DNA of 64,000 nucleotides. Origin: Dehalococcoidia bacterium (GTDB lineage: Bacteria; Chloroflexota; Dehalococcoidia; Bin125). Below the pieces are notes generated by a model. It saw nothing but the letters and a program-made list of their open reading frames with translations, was not told the origin of the DNA and made no database searches. The translations under genes were made by a program, and so were the position numbers. Positions 1 through 8,902 of this stretch are shown here, one piece after another. Every line of letters begins with the position of its first letter. Positions within the stretch are counted from its first letter, which is position 1. The stretch is taken from the NCBI GenBank assembly GCA_963663895.2, contig CAXXRD010000002.1, positions 349,889 to 413,888 on the forward strand. Reading direction: 5' to 3'.

Positions 1-221
1 CCACGACCGCATGCGCCCAGCGCGAGACGCATCCAGCGGCGCGGGAAGGCGACCAGCAGGGCCGCCAGGGTCCCTATGTGGACCGCCGCATCAAAGGCCA
101 GCCCCGGATCGTCCCAGCCGAGGATCCAGCGAGCCAAGACGAGATGGCCGCTGCTCGATACCGGCAGGAACTCCGTCACGCCCTGCAGGACGCCGAGCAC
201 CACCGCTTCCAGAATCGACAT
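1..221 (-). CDS. uppP: undecaprenyl-diphosphate phosphatase (UppP/BacA), N-terminal part; the gene continues past the window start
   Basis: My own reverse-complement translation from the ATG (complement of 219-221) reads MSILEAVVLGVLQGVTEFLPVSSSGHLVLARWILGWDDPGLAFDAAVHIGTLAALLVAF... This carries the TEFLPVSSSGH signature of the UppP family. It is missing from the ORF track because there is no stop inside the window. Confidence 0.85.
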   Translation of the reverse strand, partial: MSILEAVVLGVLQGVTEFLPVSSSGHLVLARWILGWDDPGLAFDAAVHIGTLAALLVAFPRRWMRLALGACGR

Positions 222-292
222 CAGCCGCTCGTCCGATCCCTCCCTGGCACGGGCCGATGCTCCAGCGTAGAGCTATCGGGAGCAGGGGGCGG
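211..292. repeat. repeat copy A (uppP start codon plus upstream region)
   Basis: agaatcgacatcagccgctcgtccgatccctc...gatgctccagcgtagagctatcggg...cagggggc. The first 32 nt are identical to copy B. The first 11 nt are the reverse complement of ATGTCGATTCT, codons 1-4 of uppP. Confidence 0.8.
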
Positions 293-319
293 GAACAGAA
301 GAAGGGCCGTGGGCGGAGC

Positions 320-635
320 GAGGAACCGGGGATCGCCTTGGGGTCCCGCTGGACCGACGCCGAGCGTGGGGAACTTCAGGCCCCGTACGACGAGCATGGT
401 CGTCGGGCGGCTCTTCCGCGATCACCTCCGCCGGGCCGAGCTGCCGCCCGTCCGTTTTCATGACCTGCGCCACGGCGCAGCGACCTATCTGCTCTCGACG
501 GGCGTACCGATGGGGGCCGTGATGGACATCCTAGGCCACACGCAGATGTCGACGACGAGCGACCTCTACTCCCACGTGCTGCCGGAGATGAAGCGGGAAG
601 CCAGCGAGAAGATCGGGGCGGTGCTGTTCGGCTAG
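320..635 (+). pseudogene. tyrosine recombinase/integrase remnant (C-terminal catalytic part only; frameshifted and internally deleted)
   Basis: The C-terminus of ORF 78..635 reads LFRDHLRRAELPPVRFHDLRHGAATYLLSTGVPMGAVMDILGHTQMSTTSDLYSHV, which contains the HxLRH and LGH...Y catalytic motifs. An upstream ALGSRWTDAERGEL (L-R-W-x-D-like) string sits in a different frame (ORF 11..463) only about 30 codons away. The N-terminal roughly 200 aa are missing. Confidence 0.7.
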
Positions 636-891
636 AGCAGCGCGGGCTCGTTTCGCAACCGGACGGGCGAGACCCGGGCGCATCTCGACGAGGATGCACG
701 TCCTCATCGCCTCCAGGGATCACGCGGAGGCACCGCTGCTGAGAGCCGCGTGCTTAGGACTGTTCCCGCGACGGCGTCGGCCGACGGCCCTGCCCGGTCT
801 ACGGGCACTACAAGGCCGCGGCTTCTGCGGCGCTCGGTCCGACATCGATGCATCCTTGAGTCCCCGGGATCACCAGCAATATGAACGACCC

Positions 892-1113
892 TCAACGATA
901 CATATGTCCCACTCCGGATGGCGGGCGATCCGACAGGTCGCCCCAGCAGACCAGCTCGCCGTCCGCGCGCCGCACCTCGACGCAGGCACCCGCGCCGACC
1001 ACGCGGAAGATGAGGGCCTCGCTGAAAGGGGGGAACTCAAGCGTCGGCTGGACGAGGAGCCAGTGCAGTGCGCCCTCGTACAGATCGAAGGGGGAAACGC
1101 GCTGCATCGCCAC
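892..1113 (-). CDS. small hypothetical protein (73 aa), divergent from the SbcD-like gene
   Basis: ORF track. Third-codon positions are strongly G/C-biased by eye, as in real genes here. No recognisable motif. Confidence 0.3.
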   Translation of the reverse strand: MAMQRVSPFDLYEGALHWLLVQPTLEFPPFSEALIFRVVGAGACVEVRRADGELVCWGDLSDRPPSGVGHMYR

Positions 1114-1203
1114 TTTCTTCGTTACTTCATATTTCTTGCATTTGCGACATAGCTACCACAGAGTGGAGGAGGTCGCGGCGTACACAGGGAAACTGTTTAG
1201 GCA

Positions 1204-2343
1204 ATGGTATTCCGCTTCATCCATACCGCCGACTGGCAGATCGGCAAGGTTTTCCGCTTCGTCGATGATGTCGCGATGGGCGGGCTCCAGCTGGCGCGGC
1301 TGGAGGCGATCACGCACGTCGGCAACCTCGCCTCGGAACACGATGTGCGCCATGTGTTGGTCGCGGGTGATGTATACGACCACGGAACTCCCTCCACACA
1401 CTCGCGCAACCAAGTCGTCGAGAGAATGCGGGCTCACACCTCCGTACACTGGCACCTGTTGCCAGGGAATCATGATCCGTACCAGCCCAATGGACTCTGG
1501 GACCAGCTCCGAAGGCGTGGCTTGCCAGATAACATCCACGCGCATACCGAATCGGCCGCCACCATCATCGAGCAGGATGCCGCAGTCCTGCTCCCGGCAC
1601 CACTACAGCATCGTCGTACGCTCGCCGATCCCACCGCTTGGATGGACAACCATCTCAGCGAAGCTGGCTTGATCCGCATCGGCCTCGCACATGGCGCCGT
1701 CTACGGCTTCGATACTAACGAGAAACAGAGATCCAACCCAATCGACCCTGCGCGGCCACAGCTCGCTCGGCTTGACTACCTGGCCCTAGGCGATTGGCAT
1801 GGAGAACTTCAGATCAACGAGCGCTGTTGGTACAGCGGCACGCCGGAGACGGACTCGTTTCAGACGCGCGGCAAGGGCACAGTCCTGCTGGTCGAAATCG
1901 CCAGCCCGAACGAGTTGCCCCAAGTCACTCCGCTCTCGACAGGTCAGTACCATTGGGAATCGCTCGATGAGCGCGTGGAGGACCTAGAAGACGTAAATCT
2001 CCTTGACAACAAATTGCGGCACCTGAACGACGACCTCAACCACACGCTGGTCGATTTGAGGCTCTCCGGAGCGCTCTCACTGGCTGACCTGCTGCACTTC
2101 GAGGAACGGATCGTCGAAGGGGCGGCCGCAGCGCTATACCATCTCCGGGTCGACCGTAGGCAGCTATTTCCAGAACCCACCGACGACGATCTCGACAGTA
2201 TTGACCCGGGCGGGATTGTACGCGCCGCTGCTGACAGGCTTCGAGCTATCGTCGAGGCAGGGGGGAGCGACACCGACCTCGCTCGTGCCGCCCTTCACCG
2301 ACTCTACATCGAGCACAAAAAGCTCGAATCGAGGCTACGATGA
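1204..2343 (+). CDS. calcineurin-like metallophosphoesterase, SbcD/Mre11-like nuclease subunit
   Basis: MVFRFIHTADWQIGK (compare E. coli SbcD HTSDWHLG), VAGDVYDH, LPGNHDP, GLAHG and LGDWHG match metallophosphatase motifs I-V. Motif I reads D-W-Q instead of D-x-H. The ATGA overlap with the next gene suggests coupling. Confidence 0.85.
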   Translation: MVFRFIHTADWQIGKVFRFVDDVAMGGLQLARLEAITHVGNLASEHDVRHVLVAGDVYDHGTPSTHSRNQVVERMRAHTSVHWHLLPGNHDPYQPNGLWDQLRRRGLPDNIHAHTESAATIIEQDAAVLLPAPLQHRRTLADPTAWMDNHLSEAGLIRIGLAHGAVYGFDTNEKQRSNPIDPARPQLARLDYLALGDWHGELQINERCWYSGTPETDSFQTRGKGTVLLVEIASPNELPQVTPLSTGQYHWESLDERVEDLEDVNLLDNKLRHLNDDLNHTLVDLRLSGALSLADLLHFEERIVEGAAAALYHLRVDRRQLFPEPTDDDLDSIDPGGIVRAAADRLRAIVEAGGSDTDLARAALHRLYIEHKKLESRLR

Positions 2344-5036
2344 AGTTGCGCAAGCTCTCAGTCAACCAGTTCAAGCGCTTCACCGCCCCGACTCAGTTGG
2401 GCGAACTCGTCGACGGTCTCAATCTGGTCGTTGGGCCGAACGAGCTTGGCAAATCAACTCTGCTGGACGCGCTTCGAGCAGTGTTGTTCGAGCGATACAG
2501 CTCCAGAGCGCAGCCAATCATGGCATTGCAAAACGATCGCAGCGGCGCCGCGCCGGTCGTGGAACTAGTCTTCGAAGTCAGCGGCGCTGAATACACGTTG
2601 ACCAAGCGCTTCGTCAAGAGCCCCCATGCCCGGCTGCAATGTCCCGATGGAACACTGCTCGAAGCGGACGCTGCCGAAAACAAGCTGCGCAACCTTCTGG
2701 GTTTCGCCGAGGCCGGCAGCCGGGGAGCGACTTCTGAAACGCTTGGCATGTGGGGCGTCCTCTGGGTGCAGCAGGGACAGTCTTTCGGTAGACCGGCTCT
2801 ACCCGATTCGGCGCTGGCGAGCCTCAGCTCGGGGTTGGAGTCCGAAGTCCGAACGGTCCTTGGAGGCCGGCGTGGCAGAGAGTTGCCGCAGGTCCTTGAA
2901 CAGCGACGGGGCGAACTGGTAACGACGGCGCGGCGTCAACCACGCGGTGAACACAAAGACACGATTGACCGCATCAGTGAACTGGAACAACGTCTAAGCG
3001 ATCAACAGCAGCAACAGCAGCAGATGTCGGAAACGCTTGAGCAGTTGGCGGTGACGGAAGCACGGCTCAGGCGGCTGGAGGACGATAGTCAGGATCTAAT
3101 CGACCAGGAAGGACTTACGGAGGCCCAGGGCCAGCTTGACGAGGTGATGCGGCACGACCTGCAGCTCGAAGCGGCTCGCAGCGAACTGCAGAACCGGCAA
3201 GGGCAGCTTGAGCAAGCCCAACGCGCCCAATCCGAGCGCGCATCCCGGTGGGCAGAGCTTAAGACTGATCAGGAAGAGTTGAGGCAGCAGCGAGAGCGCC
3301 TGGAGGAACTGCAATTACGCGAGCGAGAATCGCTGGCCGGTCTAGACGAGCTTCGCCAGGCTGCGGCCAACGCCGAAGCAGCCCTTGAAGTAGCGATACA
3401 GTCAGAGGCAAGCTGGCGCGTTATCGTCGATCGCATTTCCCGATCCGCAGAGTTGAACGACTTGCTCCGCCGCCAGAAGGCTATCGAAGCTGCGCAGGAA
3501 CGACTCGCAGACGCCCAGCATCAGGCCGAGCAGATTCAGGTCACGGACGAATCCCTACAACGCATCCGCTCGGCCGCCGAGATCGCCGACCAGGCAAATG
3601 CCCGGCTTCGTGTAGCGGCGACTCGTATCGGCTTCGACATCCCCAGCGACCGTCTTGCCGGCATTGAGGCCGGCGGCGTTCCGCTGGCAGACCCGCCTAC
3701 GACGGTCGAGGCGGTCGAGCCAGTCGTGATTACCATCCCTGAGCGGGGACGGATTCTCATCGAACCGGCCGTCGCCGACCACGACCAGCTCTTGCGCGCA
3801 GAGCGGGAAGCGAAATTAGAGTTGCAAGCTGCGCTCAGTGACGTCGGTGCACAATCGCTTGCCGACGCACAGATCCTGCGCGATGGGCGGCGCGATCTCG
3901 AGGTCACCGCCAGCGCGGCGCGGCAGGAGCTTGAGCGGCTCGCGCCGTCTGGCGAGGCACCGACACTGCAGCCACGAATCGATGAGCTGCGCCAAGCGCT
4001 AGAGGCCCTGCCCACAGAAGAGGATACGGTTCAGATGCCGCAAAGGGATCACGCAGAGGCTGCCCTGGACTCGGCTCAGACAGAACTACAGAAGGCGAGG
4101 GACGAGGAACGGATCGCTCGTGAGGCTGTGGATGAGCGGGCACGAGCCACCTCAGGCCTCAGTGTGGAAGTGCGCACACTACAGAACACAGTGGGTAGTC
4201 AAACCGAGTTGGTTGAAAGGCGTGATGAAAGGCTCCGGAGCGATGCCGAAGCTGTGCCCGATCAACAACTTGCAGTGGTGTCTGACACAGCAGCACAGGC
4301 AGTGGCGGAACAGCAACAGGCTGTCTCCTCGCTGGAGGAGGACCGGCCGGCCAGCGCCAGGACGCAGTTGGAAGCTCGGATCTCACGACTACAGACGGCG
4401 ATTGGGCAGCGCGCAAGCTCAAAAGTTGACTTGAGAATCGAGAGCGTCCGCCTGCGTGAACGCATCGAAGTCCACGAGAGTGCCGGCATTGACGAAGCCA
4501 TCGAACATACCCAACACGAACTCGAACAAGCAACACGCCGACGCGACCGTTTTGAACGCGAACTCGAGGTCCTTGACCTCTTAGCCGACACACTTCGCGC
4601 GGCCGAGAGCGAAGCCAGAGAGCGCTACCTCGCGCCTGTCGTCAACCGCGTCCACCCTTACCTGCAGATGCTTTTCCCCAACGCTGAAATTAGCATGGAC
4701 GAGGACCTGAACATCACCGGCATGTCCCGCTTGGTTGGATACGAGGAGAGTTTCGATCATCTGAGCATGGGTACTCAAGAACAGATCGCCGTCCTTGTGC
4801 GCCTCGCCTTCGCCGAAATGCTAATTGACCGAGGAGCACCCGCCACCGTGATCCTGGACGATGCGCTCGTGTTCTCCGACGACCAGCGGATGGGGCTGAT
4901 GTTCGACATCCTCTCGCACGCCGCTCAGCGCGTACAGATCCTGGTTTTCACCTGTCGCGAGCAGCTCTTCGAGGGTCTCGGTGCGCACCAGCTACAGATC
5001 GCCTCGGTCGATGCCGAGTCTCTCCGCTCGGCCTAG
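2340..5036 (+). CDS. SbcC/Rad50/YhaN-like coiled-coil ABC-type ATPase (898 aa)
   Basis: N-terminal Walker A (LVVGPNELGKSTLLDAL). A long Q/E/R/L/A-rich coiled-coil middle. C-terminal signature LSMGTQEQ and Walker B/D-loop (TVILDDALVFSDD). No CxxC zinc hook is visible in the coiled coil. Confidence 0.85.
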   Translation: MKLRKLSVNQFKRFTAPTQLGELVDGLNLVVGPNELGKSTLLDALRAVLFERYSSRAQPIMALQNDRSGAAPVVELVFEVSGAEYTLTKRFVKSPHARLQCPDGTLLEADAAENKLRNLLGFAEAGSRGATSETLGMWGVLWVQQGQSFGRPALPDSALASLSSGLESEVRTVLGGRRGRELPQVLEQRRGELVTTARRQPRGEHKDTIDRISELEQRLSDQQQQQQQMSETLEQLAVTEARLRRLEDDSQDLIDQEGLTEAQGQLDEVMRHDLQLEAARSELQNRQGQLEQAQRAQSERASRWAELKTDQEELRQQRERLEELQLRERESLAGLDELRQAAANAEAALEVAIQSEASWRVIVDRISRSAELNDLLRRQKAIEAAQERLADAQHQAEQIQVTDESLQRIRSAAEIADQANARLRVAATRIGFDIPSDRLAGIEAGGVPLADPPTTVEAVEPVVITIPERGRILIEPAVADHDQLLRAEREAKLELQAALSDVGAQSLADAQILRDGRRDLEVTASAARQELERLAPSGEAPTLQPRIDELRQALEALPTEEDTVQMPQRDHAEAALDSAQTELQKARDEERIAREAVDERARATSGLSVEVRTLQNTVGSQTELVERRDERLRSDAEAVPDQQLAVVSDTAAQAVAEQQQAVSSLEEDRPASARTQLEARISRLQTAIGQRASSKVDLRIESVRLRERIEVHESAGIDEAIEHTQHELEQATRRRDRFERELEVLDLLADTLRAAESEARERYLAPVVNRVHPYLQMLFPNAEISMDEDLNITGMSRLVGYEESFDHLSMGTQEQIAVLVRLAFAEMLIDRGAPATVILDDALVFSDDQRMGLMFDILSHAAQRVQILVFTCREQLFEGLGAHQLQIASVDAESLRSA

Positions 5037-5475
5037 GCCTGTCTAAGCTGGCGGGCTTCCGAGGGCCCGCGGTCTGGGTAGCGCTGCTTCCGTCCCCACG
5101 GCCGGAGTCGGGTGTCGGTGACACACCTTGTCGCGCAGGGCTGCTCCGCCATACTGACGCAAGGATCAGTCGCGTCCTGAGACTAAATGCGGTGTAACAG
5201 GGTCGACAGCCTATTCAGCGCCACGATCGCCGTGCCCGCCGGACCGGCATAGCGTCCCCTCTCGGCCGTCTCGTTCAGATTAACGACGCCGCCACAGAAA
5301 ATGTTCCGCACGGAGTCCAAGTCTGGCAGCCCCAAGCGCGACGCCGCTCCGCAATGGTCCGCTCAGTGGACCACAGTGGACCGTGAGCCCTCCACCACAA
5401 CAGGGGTATATCCGGAAACCCCTGGTTTCGTAGGGAAATCCGCACAGGGGGCGCCGTGACGGTCCCTCGGACCGG

Positions 5476-5556
5476 AGAATCGACATCAGCCGCTCGTCCG
5501 ATCCCTCGCCTGCCCGGCTTGATGCTCCAGCGTAGAGCTATCGGGAACAGGGGGCT
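5476..5556. repeat. repeat copy B (same orientation as copy A)
   Basis: agaatcgacatcagccgctcgtccgatccctcgcctgcccggcttgatgctccagcgtagagctatcgggaacagggggctgga. It lies immediately upstream of the ABC ATPase start. Confidence 0.8.
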
Positions 5557-5562
5557 GGAGCT

Positions 5563-6501
5563 GTGGGCCCTTTTCCCTATGATCACTCCATGGACGCGCC
5601 AGTCATTGAGGTCCGGGGCCTGCGGAAGCGATACGGCGCGATCGAGGCGGTTCGCGGCGTCGATCTGCAGATCGAGCACGGGGAAGTCTTCGCGCTCCTT
5701 GGTCCGAACGGCGCGGGCAAGACGACGACCGTTGAGATCCTCGAAGGACATCGGGCGCGCTCCGGCGGCGAGGTGCGCGTGCTCGGCTACGACCCCGAGC
5801 GGAATCCGGTCGCGCTCAAGCAGCGCCTCGGCATCGTGCTGCAACGCACTGGCCTCGAGCCGTACTTGACCGTCGCGGAGACGATCGACATGTTTCGCGG
5901 CTACTACCCGCAGCCGCTGCCGCTCGACGACGTGCTCGCGGTCGTCGGGCTGGAGGAGCAGCGCGACCAGCGGGTGCGGCGGCTCTCGGGCGGACAGCAG
6001 CGGCGGCTCGATGTGGCCGTTGGCCTGGCCGGGGATCCGACGCTGCTCTTCCTCGACGAACCGACGACGGGCTTCGACCCGACGGCGCGGCGCGGCGCCT
6101 GGGCGATGATCCGCAACCTGCGCACGCTCGGGAAGACGGTCCTGCTGACGACGCACTACCTCGATGAAGCGGAGGCCCTCGCCGATCGCGTCGCGATCAT
6201 GGTGCGCGGCGCGATCGTGGCCGAGGGCACGCCGGCAGGGCTGGTCGCAGCGGACACAGGGACGGTCATCCGCTTCCGCCTCCCAGAGGGAGCGACGCTG
6301 CCCGAGGAATTCGGGCGCCACGAGACGACCGCAGGACACGTGGAGATCCGCACGCCGGATCCGACGCGCGTCCTGCACGCCCTCACAGACTGGGCAATCG
6401 CCGCGGGCATCGCGCTGGAAGGTCTCACGGTGCGCCGCAGCTCGCTCGAAGACGTGTTCCTGCGGCTGACGGGCGAAGAGGAGAGCAGGGACGCGTCGTG
6501 A
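5563..6501 (+). CDS. ABC transporter ATP-binding protein (ABC-2/DrrA-type exporter)
   Basis: LLGPNGAGKTT Walker A, LSGGQQRRL signature and LLFLDEPTTGFD Walker B. GTG start at 5563, with an alternative ATG at 5590 (MDAPVIEVRGL...). Confidence 0.9.
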   Translation: MGPFPYDHSMDAPVIEVRGLRKRYGAIEAVRGVDLQIEHGEVFALLGPNGAGKTTTVEILEGHRARSGGEVRVLGYDPERNPVALKQRLGIVLQRTGLEPYLTVAETIDMFRGYYPQPLPLDDVLAVVGLEEQRDQRVRRLSGGQQRRLDVAVGLAGDPTLLFLDEPTTGFDPTARRGAWAMIRNLRTLGKTVLLTTHYLDEAEALADRVAIMVRGAIVAEGTPAGLVAADTGTVIRFRLPEGATLPEEFGRHETTAGHVEIRTPDPTRVLHALTDWAIAAGIALEGLTVRRSSLEDVFLRLTGEEESRDAS

Positions 6502-7274
6502 GGGCGCTTGGACTCGCCCTGCGCCAGCTCAAATATGAGGAGCGATCCTTCCGGCGCAACCCAGCGGCGGCGTTCTTCACGCTCGCGTTCCCCCTCGTCT
6601 TCCTCGTCATCTTCACCGCCATCTTCGGGAACCGCGATACCGATCTCGGCGGCCGCGTGGTCAGCGGCGCCACTTTCTATGTGCCCGCGATCGTGGCGCT
6701 GACGGTGGTGAACTCGTGCTACACGTCGCTCGCGATGAGCTGGGTGTATAACCGCGACGCGGGCGTATTGAAGCGCATCCGCGGAACCCCCCTGCCGCCG
6801 TGGGCGTTCCTCTTCGGGCGCATCGCCTACGTCGTCCTCGTGATGCTGGCTCTGACGGTGATCGTGGTGGCGTTCGGGCGGATCGCCTACGGCGTCGCAC
6901 TGCCGGGGGCGACGCTGCCGGCGGTGCTCGTGACGCTGGCCGTGGGAGCGTTTGCCTTCTGTGCCCTGGGGCTGGCGATCGCGACGGTGATCCCCAACGC
7001 CGACGCCGGACCAGCCATCGTGAACGCGTCGATTCTTCCCCTGCTGTTCATCTCCGACGTCTTCATCCCTCCCGGTGTCGGCGCGCCCGCTTGGGTCGGA
7101 CACGTGAGCGCCGTCTTCCCCGTACGGCATCTCTCGGAAGCGCTGCAGACGGGCTTCAACCCCTTCGAGGCGGGCGCGGGTTTCGAGCCGGTGCATCTGG
7201 GCGTGCTCGCCGCCTGGGGAGTGGCCGGGTTGGTCGTTGCGCTGCGCTTCCCCTCGTGGGAGCCGCGTGCCTGA
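6498..7274 (+). CDS. ABC-2 type transporter permease
   Basis: GTGA start/stop overlap with the ATPase. A hydrophobic multi-TM protein of 258 aa, typical of ABC-2 permeases. Confidence 0.85.
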   Translation: MRALGLALRQLKYEERSFRRNPAAAFFTLAFPLVFLVIFTAIFGNRDTDLGGRVVSGATFYVPAIVALTVVNSCYTSLAMSWVYNRDAGVLKRIRGTPLPPWAFLFGRIAYVVLVMLALTVIVVAFGRIAYGVALPGATLPAVLVTLAVGAFAFCALGLAIATVIPNADAGPAIVNASILPLLFISDVFIPPGVGAPAWVGHVSAVFPVRHLSEALQTGFNPFEAGAGFEPVHLGVLAAWGVAGLVVALRFPSWEPRA

Positions 7275-7416
7275 ACCACCGGAATCCACGTGGCCGCCGT
7301 GTTTGCAACCGCGACCAAGGGTGGGATCAGCAGCGGACGACCACCACAGCCGGGACGAAGACATCGCGTGGCCGTCACACACGCCGAAGCGCGACCCGAT
7401 CCGCGTGCCGAGAGCG

Positions 7417-8655
7417 CTAGCGGCCCTCGCCGCGCTCGACCACCGGCTCGCCCCCCAACACCACCATGCGGATCCGCTCCGCCTCCTCCAAGATCCCGAT
7501 CTCCGCGACCGGATCTCCGTCAACCACGAGCAGATCCGCCAGCTTTCCCTCCTCCACCGTCCCGAGCGCATCGCCCATCCCCACGATCCCTGCGTTGGTC
7601 GCCGTTGACGCGACCAGCGCCCCCATCGCTCCCAGCACCCGCGCCTTGAACCGCAGCTCCCGCGCCTTCAGCGGCTGGTGCAGGCCGAGCAGATCCGACC
7701 CCGACCCGATCGCGACCCCAGCGTCCCGGGCGATCTCCAACGACGTGTAGGCCTCCGTCAGCGCCTCTTCGATCTTGCGCACGCTGTTCTCCGGCACCCC
7801 GTGCTCCCTCCCCTCCGCCGCGATCAGCTCGTACACCGCCAGCGTGGGCACCAAGTAGGTGCCGCTCGTCTGCAGGAGCGGCGCGGTCGCCTCATCCAAG
7901 AAATTTCCGTGCTCCAGCGTGCGCACCCCCGCCTCCACGCAATTGCGCATGCTCTGCGGCGTGTAGGTGTGCGCCATCACGTATTTCCCCGTCGCCTTTG
8001 CCTCCGCCACCGCCGCCCCCAGTTCCTCGACCGTGAACTGCGTCGACCACATGTCGTCCGTGGGCGACACCGCCCCCCCATTCGCCATCACCTTTACCTG
8101 GTCCGCCCCCCGTCGCAGCACCTCCCGCGCCGCCCACCGCACCCGCTCCGGCCCGTCCACCACCAGGGACGGACAGTACACGCCGGGGTTGTAGGGCGGC
8201 GCCCGCGTGTCGTTCTCGCGGCGGAAGTCTCCGTGGCCGCCCGTCTGCGAGATCCAGCTGTTGCAGATAAAGAGCCGCGGCGCCCGGATCAGGCCCCGCG
8301 CGGCCGCGTCTTTGTAGCCCCAGTCGAGCCCGCCCGCGTCGCGCACGCTCGTGAACCCCGCCGCCAGGGTCGCCTCGATGTTGCGCGTCACCCGCAGGGC
8401 GTACACCGCCGGCGCCTGCCGCTGCGCCGAGCTCACTTCGAAGTCGACAAGCGCCAAATGCGCATGCGCGTCGATCAGCCCCGGCATCAGCGTCCGCCCG
8501 GCACAGTCGACCACGCGATCCGCGCGCCTGCGCAGCGAGCCCGCCGCTCCAATCTTGGCGATCCGCCCGTTCTCCACCAGGACGGCCCGCTCGGGCTGCG
8601 GATCGCGTCCCGTGCAATCGAGCACCTGCGCGTGTTCGAAAAGGATGCTGCTCAT
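7417..8655 (-). CDS. amidohydrolase family metal-dependent hydrolase
   Basis: MSSILFEHAQVLDCTG...GRTLMPGLIDAHAHL, with the HxH metal motif. I trimmed the start to the internal ATG at 8655. The ORF-track N-terminal extension is Arg/Gly-rich read-through. Confidence 0.85.
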   Translation of the reverse strand: MSSILFEHAQVLDCTGRDPQPERAVLVENGRIAKIGAAGSLRRRADRVVDCAGRTLMPGLIDAHAHLALVDFEVSSAQRQAPAVYALRVTRNIEATLAAGFTSVRDAGGLDWGYKDAAARGLIRAPRLFICNSWISQTGGHGDFRRENDTRAPPYNPGVYCPSLVVDGPERVRWAAREVLRRGADQVKVMANGGAVSPTDDMWSTQFTVEELGAAVAEAKATGKYVMAHTYTPQSMRNCVEAGVRTLEHGNFLDEATAPLLQTSGTYLVPTLAVYELIAAEGREHGVPENSVRKIEEALTEAYTSLEIARDAGVAIGSGSDLLGLHQPLKARELRFKARVLGAMGALVASTATNAGIVGMGDALGTVEEGKLADLLVVDGDPVAEIGILEEAERIRMVVLGGEPVVERGEGR

Positions 8656-8902
8656 CGCGGCCCTGCCGGCGGATGCCTCCGCCGGATGCCGCAGTCTAGC
8701 TCTCCGGCTCCCGCAGCGCCGCCCGCGTCCCTCGGCACGGCGGCGATCCCCTGCCGCGCCGAGAGCTTGCGTCTCCTCGCTGGTCCGGTCCTCGCGGTAC
8801 CTGCGATCCTCCGGCCGGCCTCGTCCGCTTCCCCGGAGAGGACTAGGCTGCTCTCGGATCGACCCGCCGGTTCCCCAACGCCTGCAACCCTTGGAGATCC
8901 CC

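Larger units (their letters stand above)
211..5556. mobile_element. degenerate integrative islet: direct repeat, integrase remnant, SbcCD-like cargo, direct repeat
   Basis: About 81-bp imperfect direct repeats at 211-292 and 5476-5556. A tyrosine-recombinase remnant lies next to the left repeat. The interior is visibly less G+C-rich than the flanks. Confidence 0.55.

Noticed and set aside
78-635. ORF 78..635 taken at face value as an intact 185-aa integrase.
   Set aside because: Only the last roughly 75 residues look like a tyrosine recombinase. The N-terminal part is read-through across the antisense of uppP and the repeat. An integrase-like upstream motif lies in another frame. I call it a pseudogene remnant instead.
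3003-3023. A CAA/CAG run encoding QQQQQQQ in the SbcC-like gene, considered as a possible slippage or phase-variation tract.
   Set aside because: The tract mixes codons (caa cag cag caa cag cag cag), is in frame, and lies inside a Q/E-rich coiled coil. It is too short and impure to argue for a contingency locus.
5280-5486. A 68-aa ORF (-) starting MSILRSEGPS...
   Set aside because: Its start codon and first 4 codons are simply the duplicated uppP start contained in repeat copy B. The rest is non-descript, and it is an artefact of the duplication.
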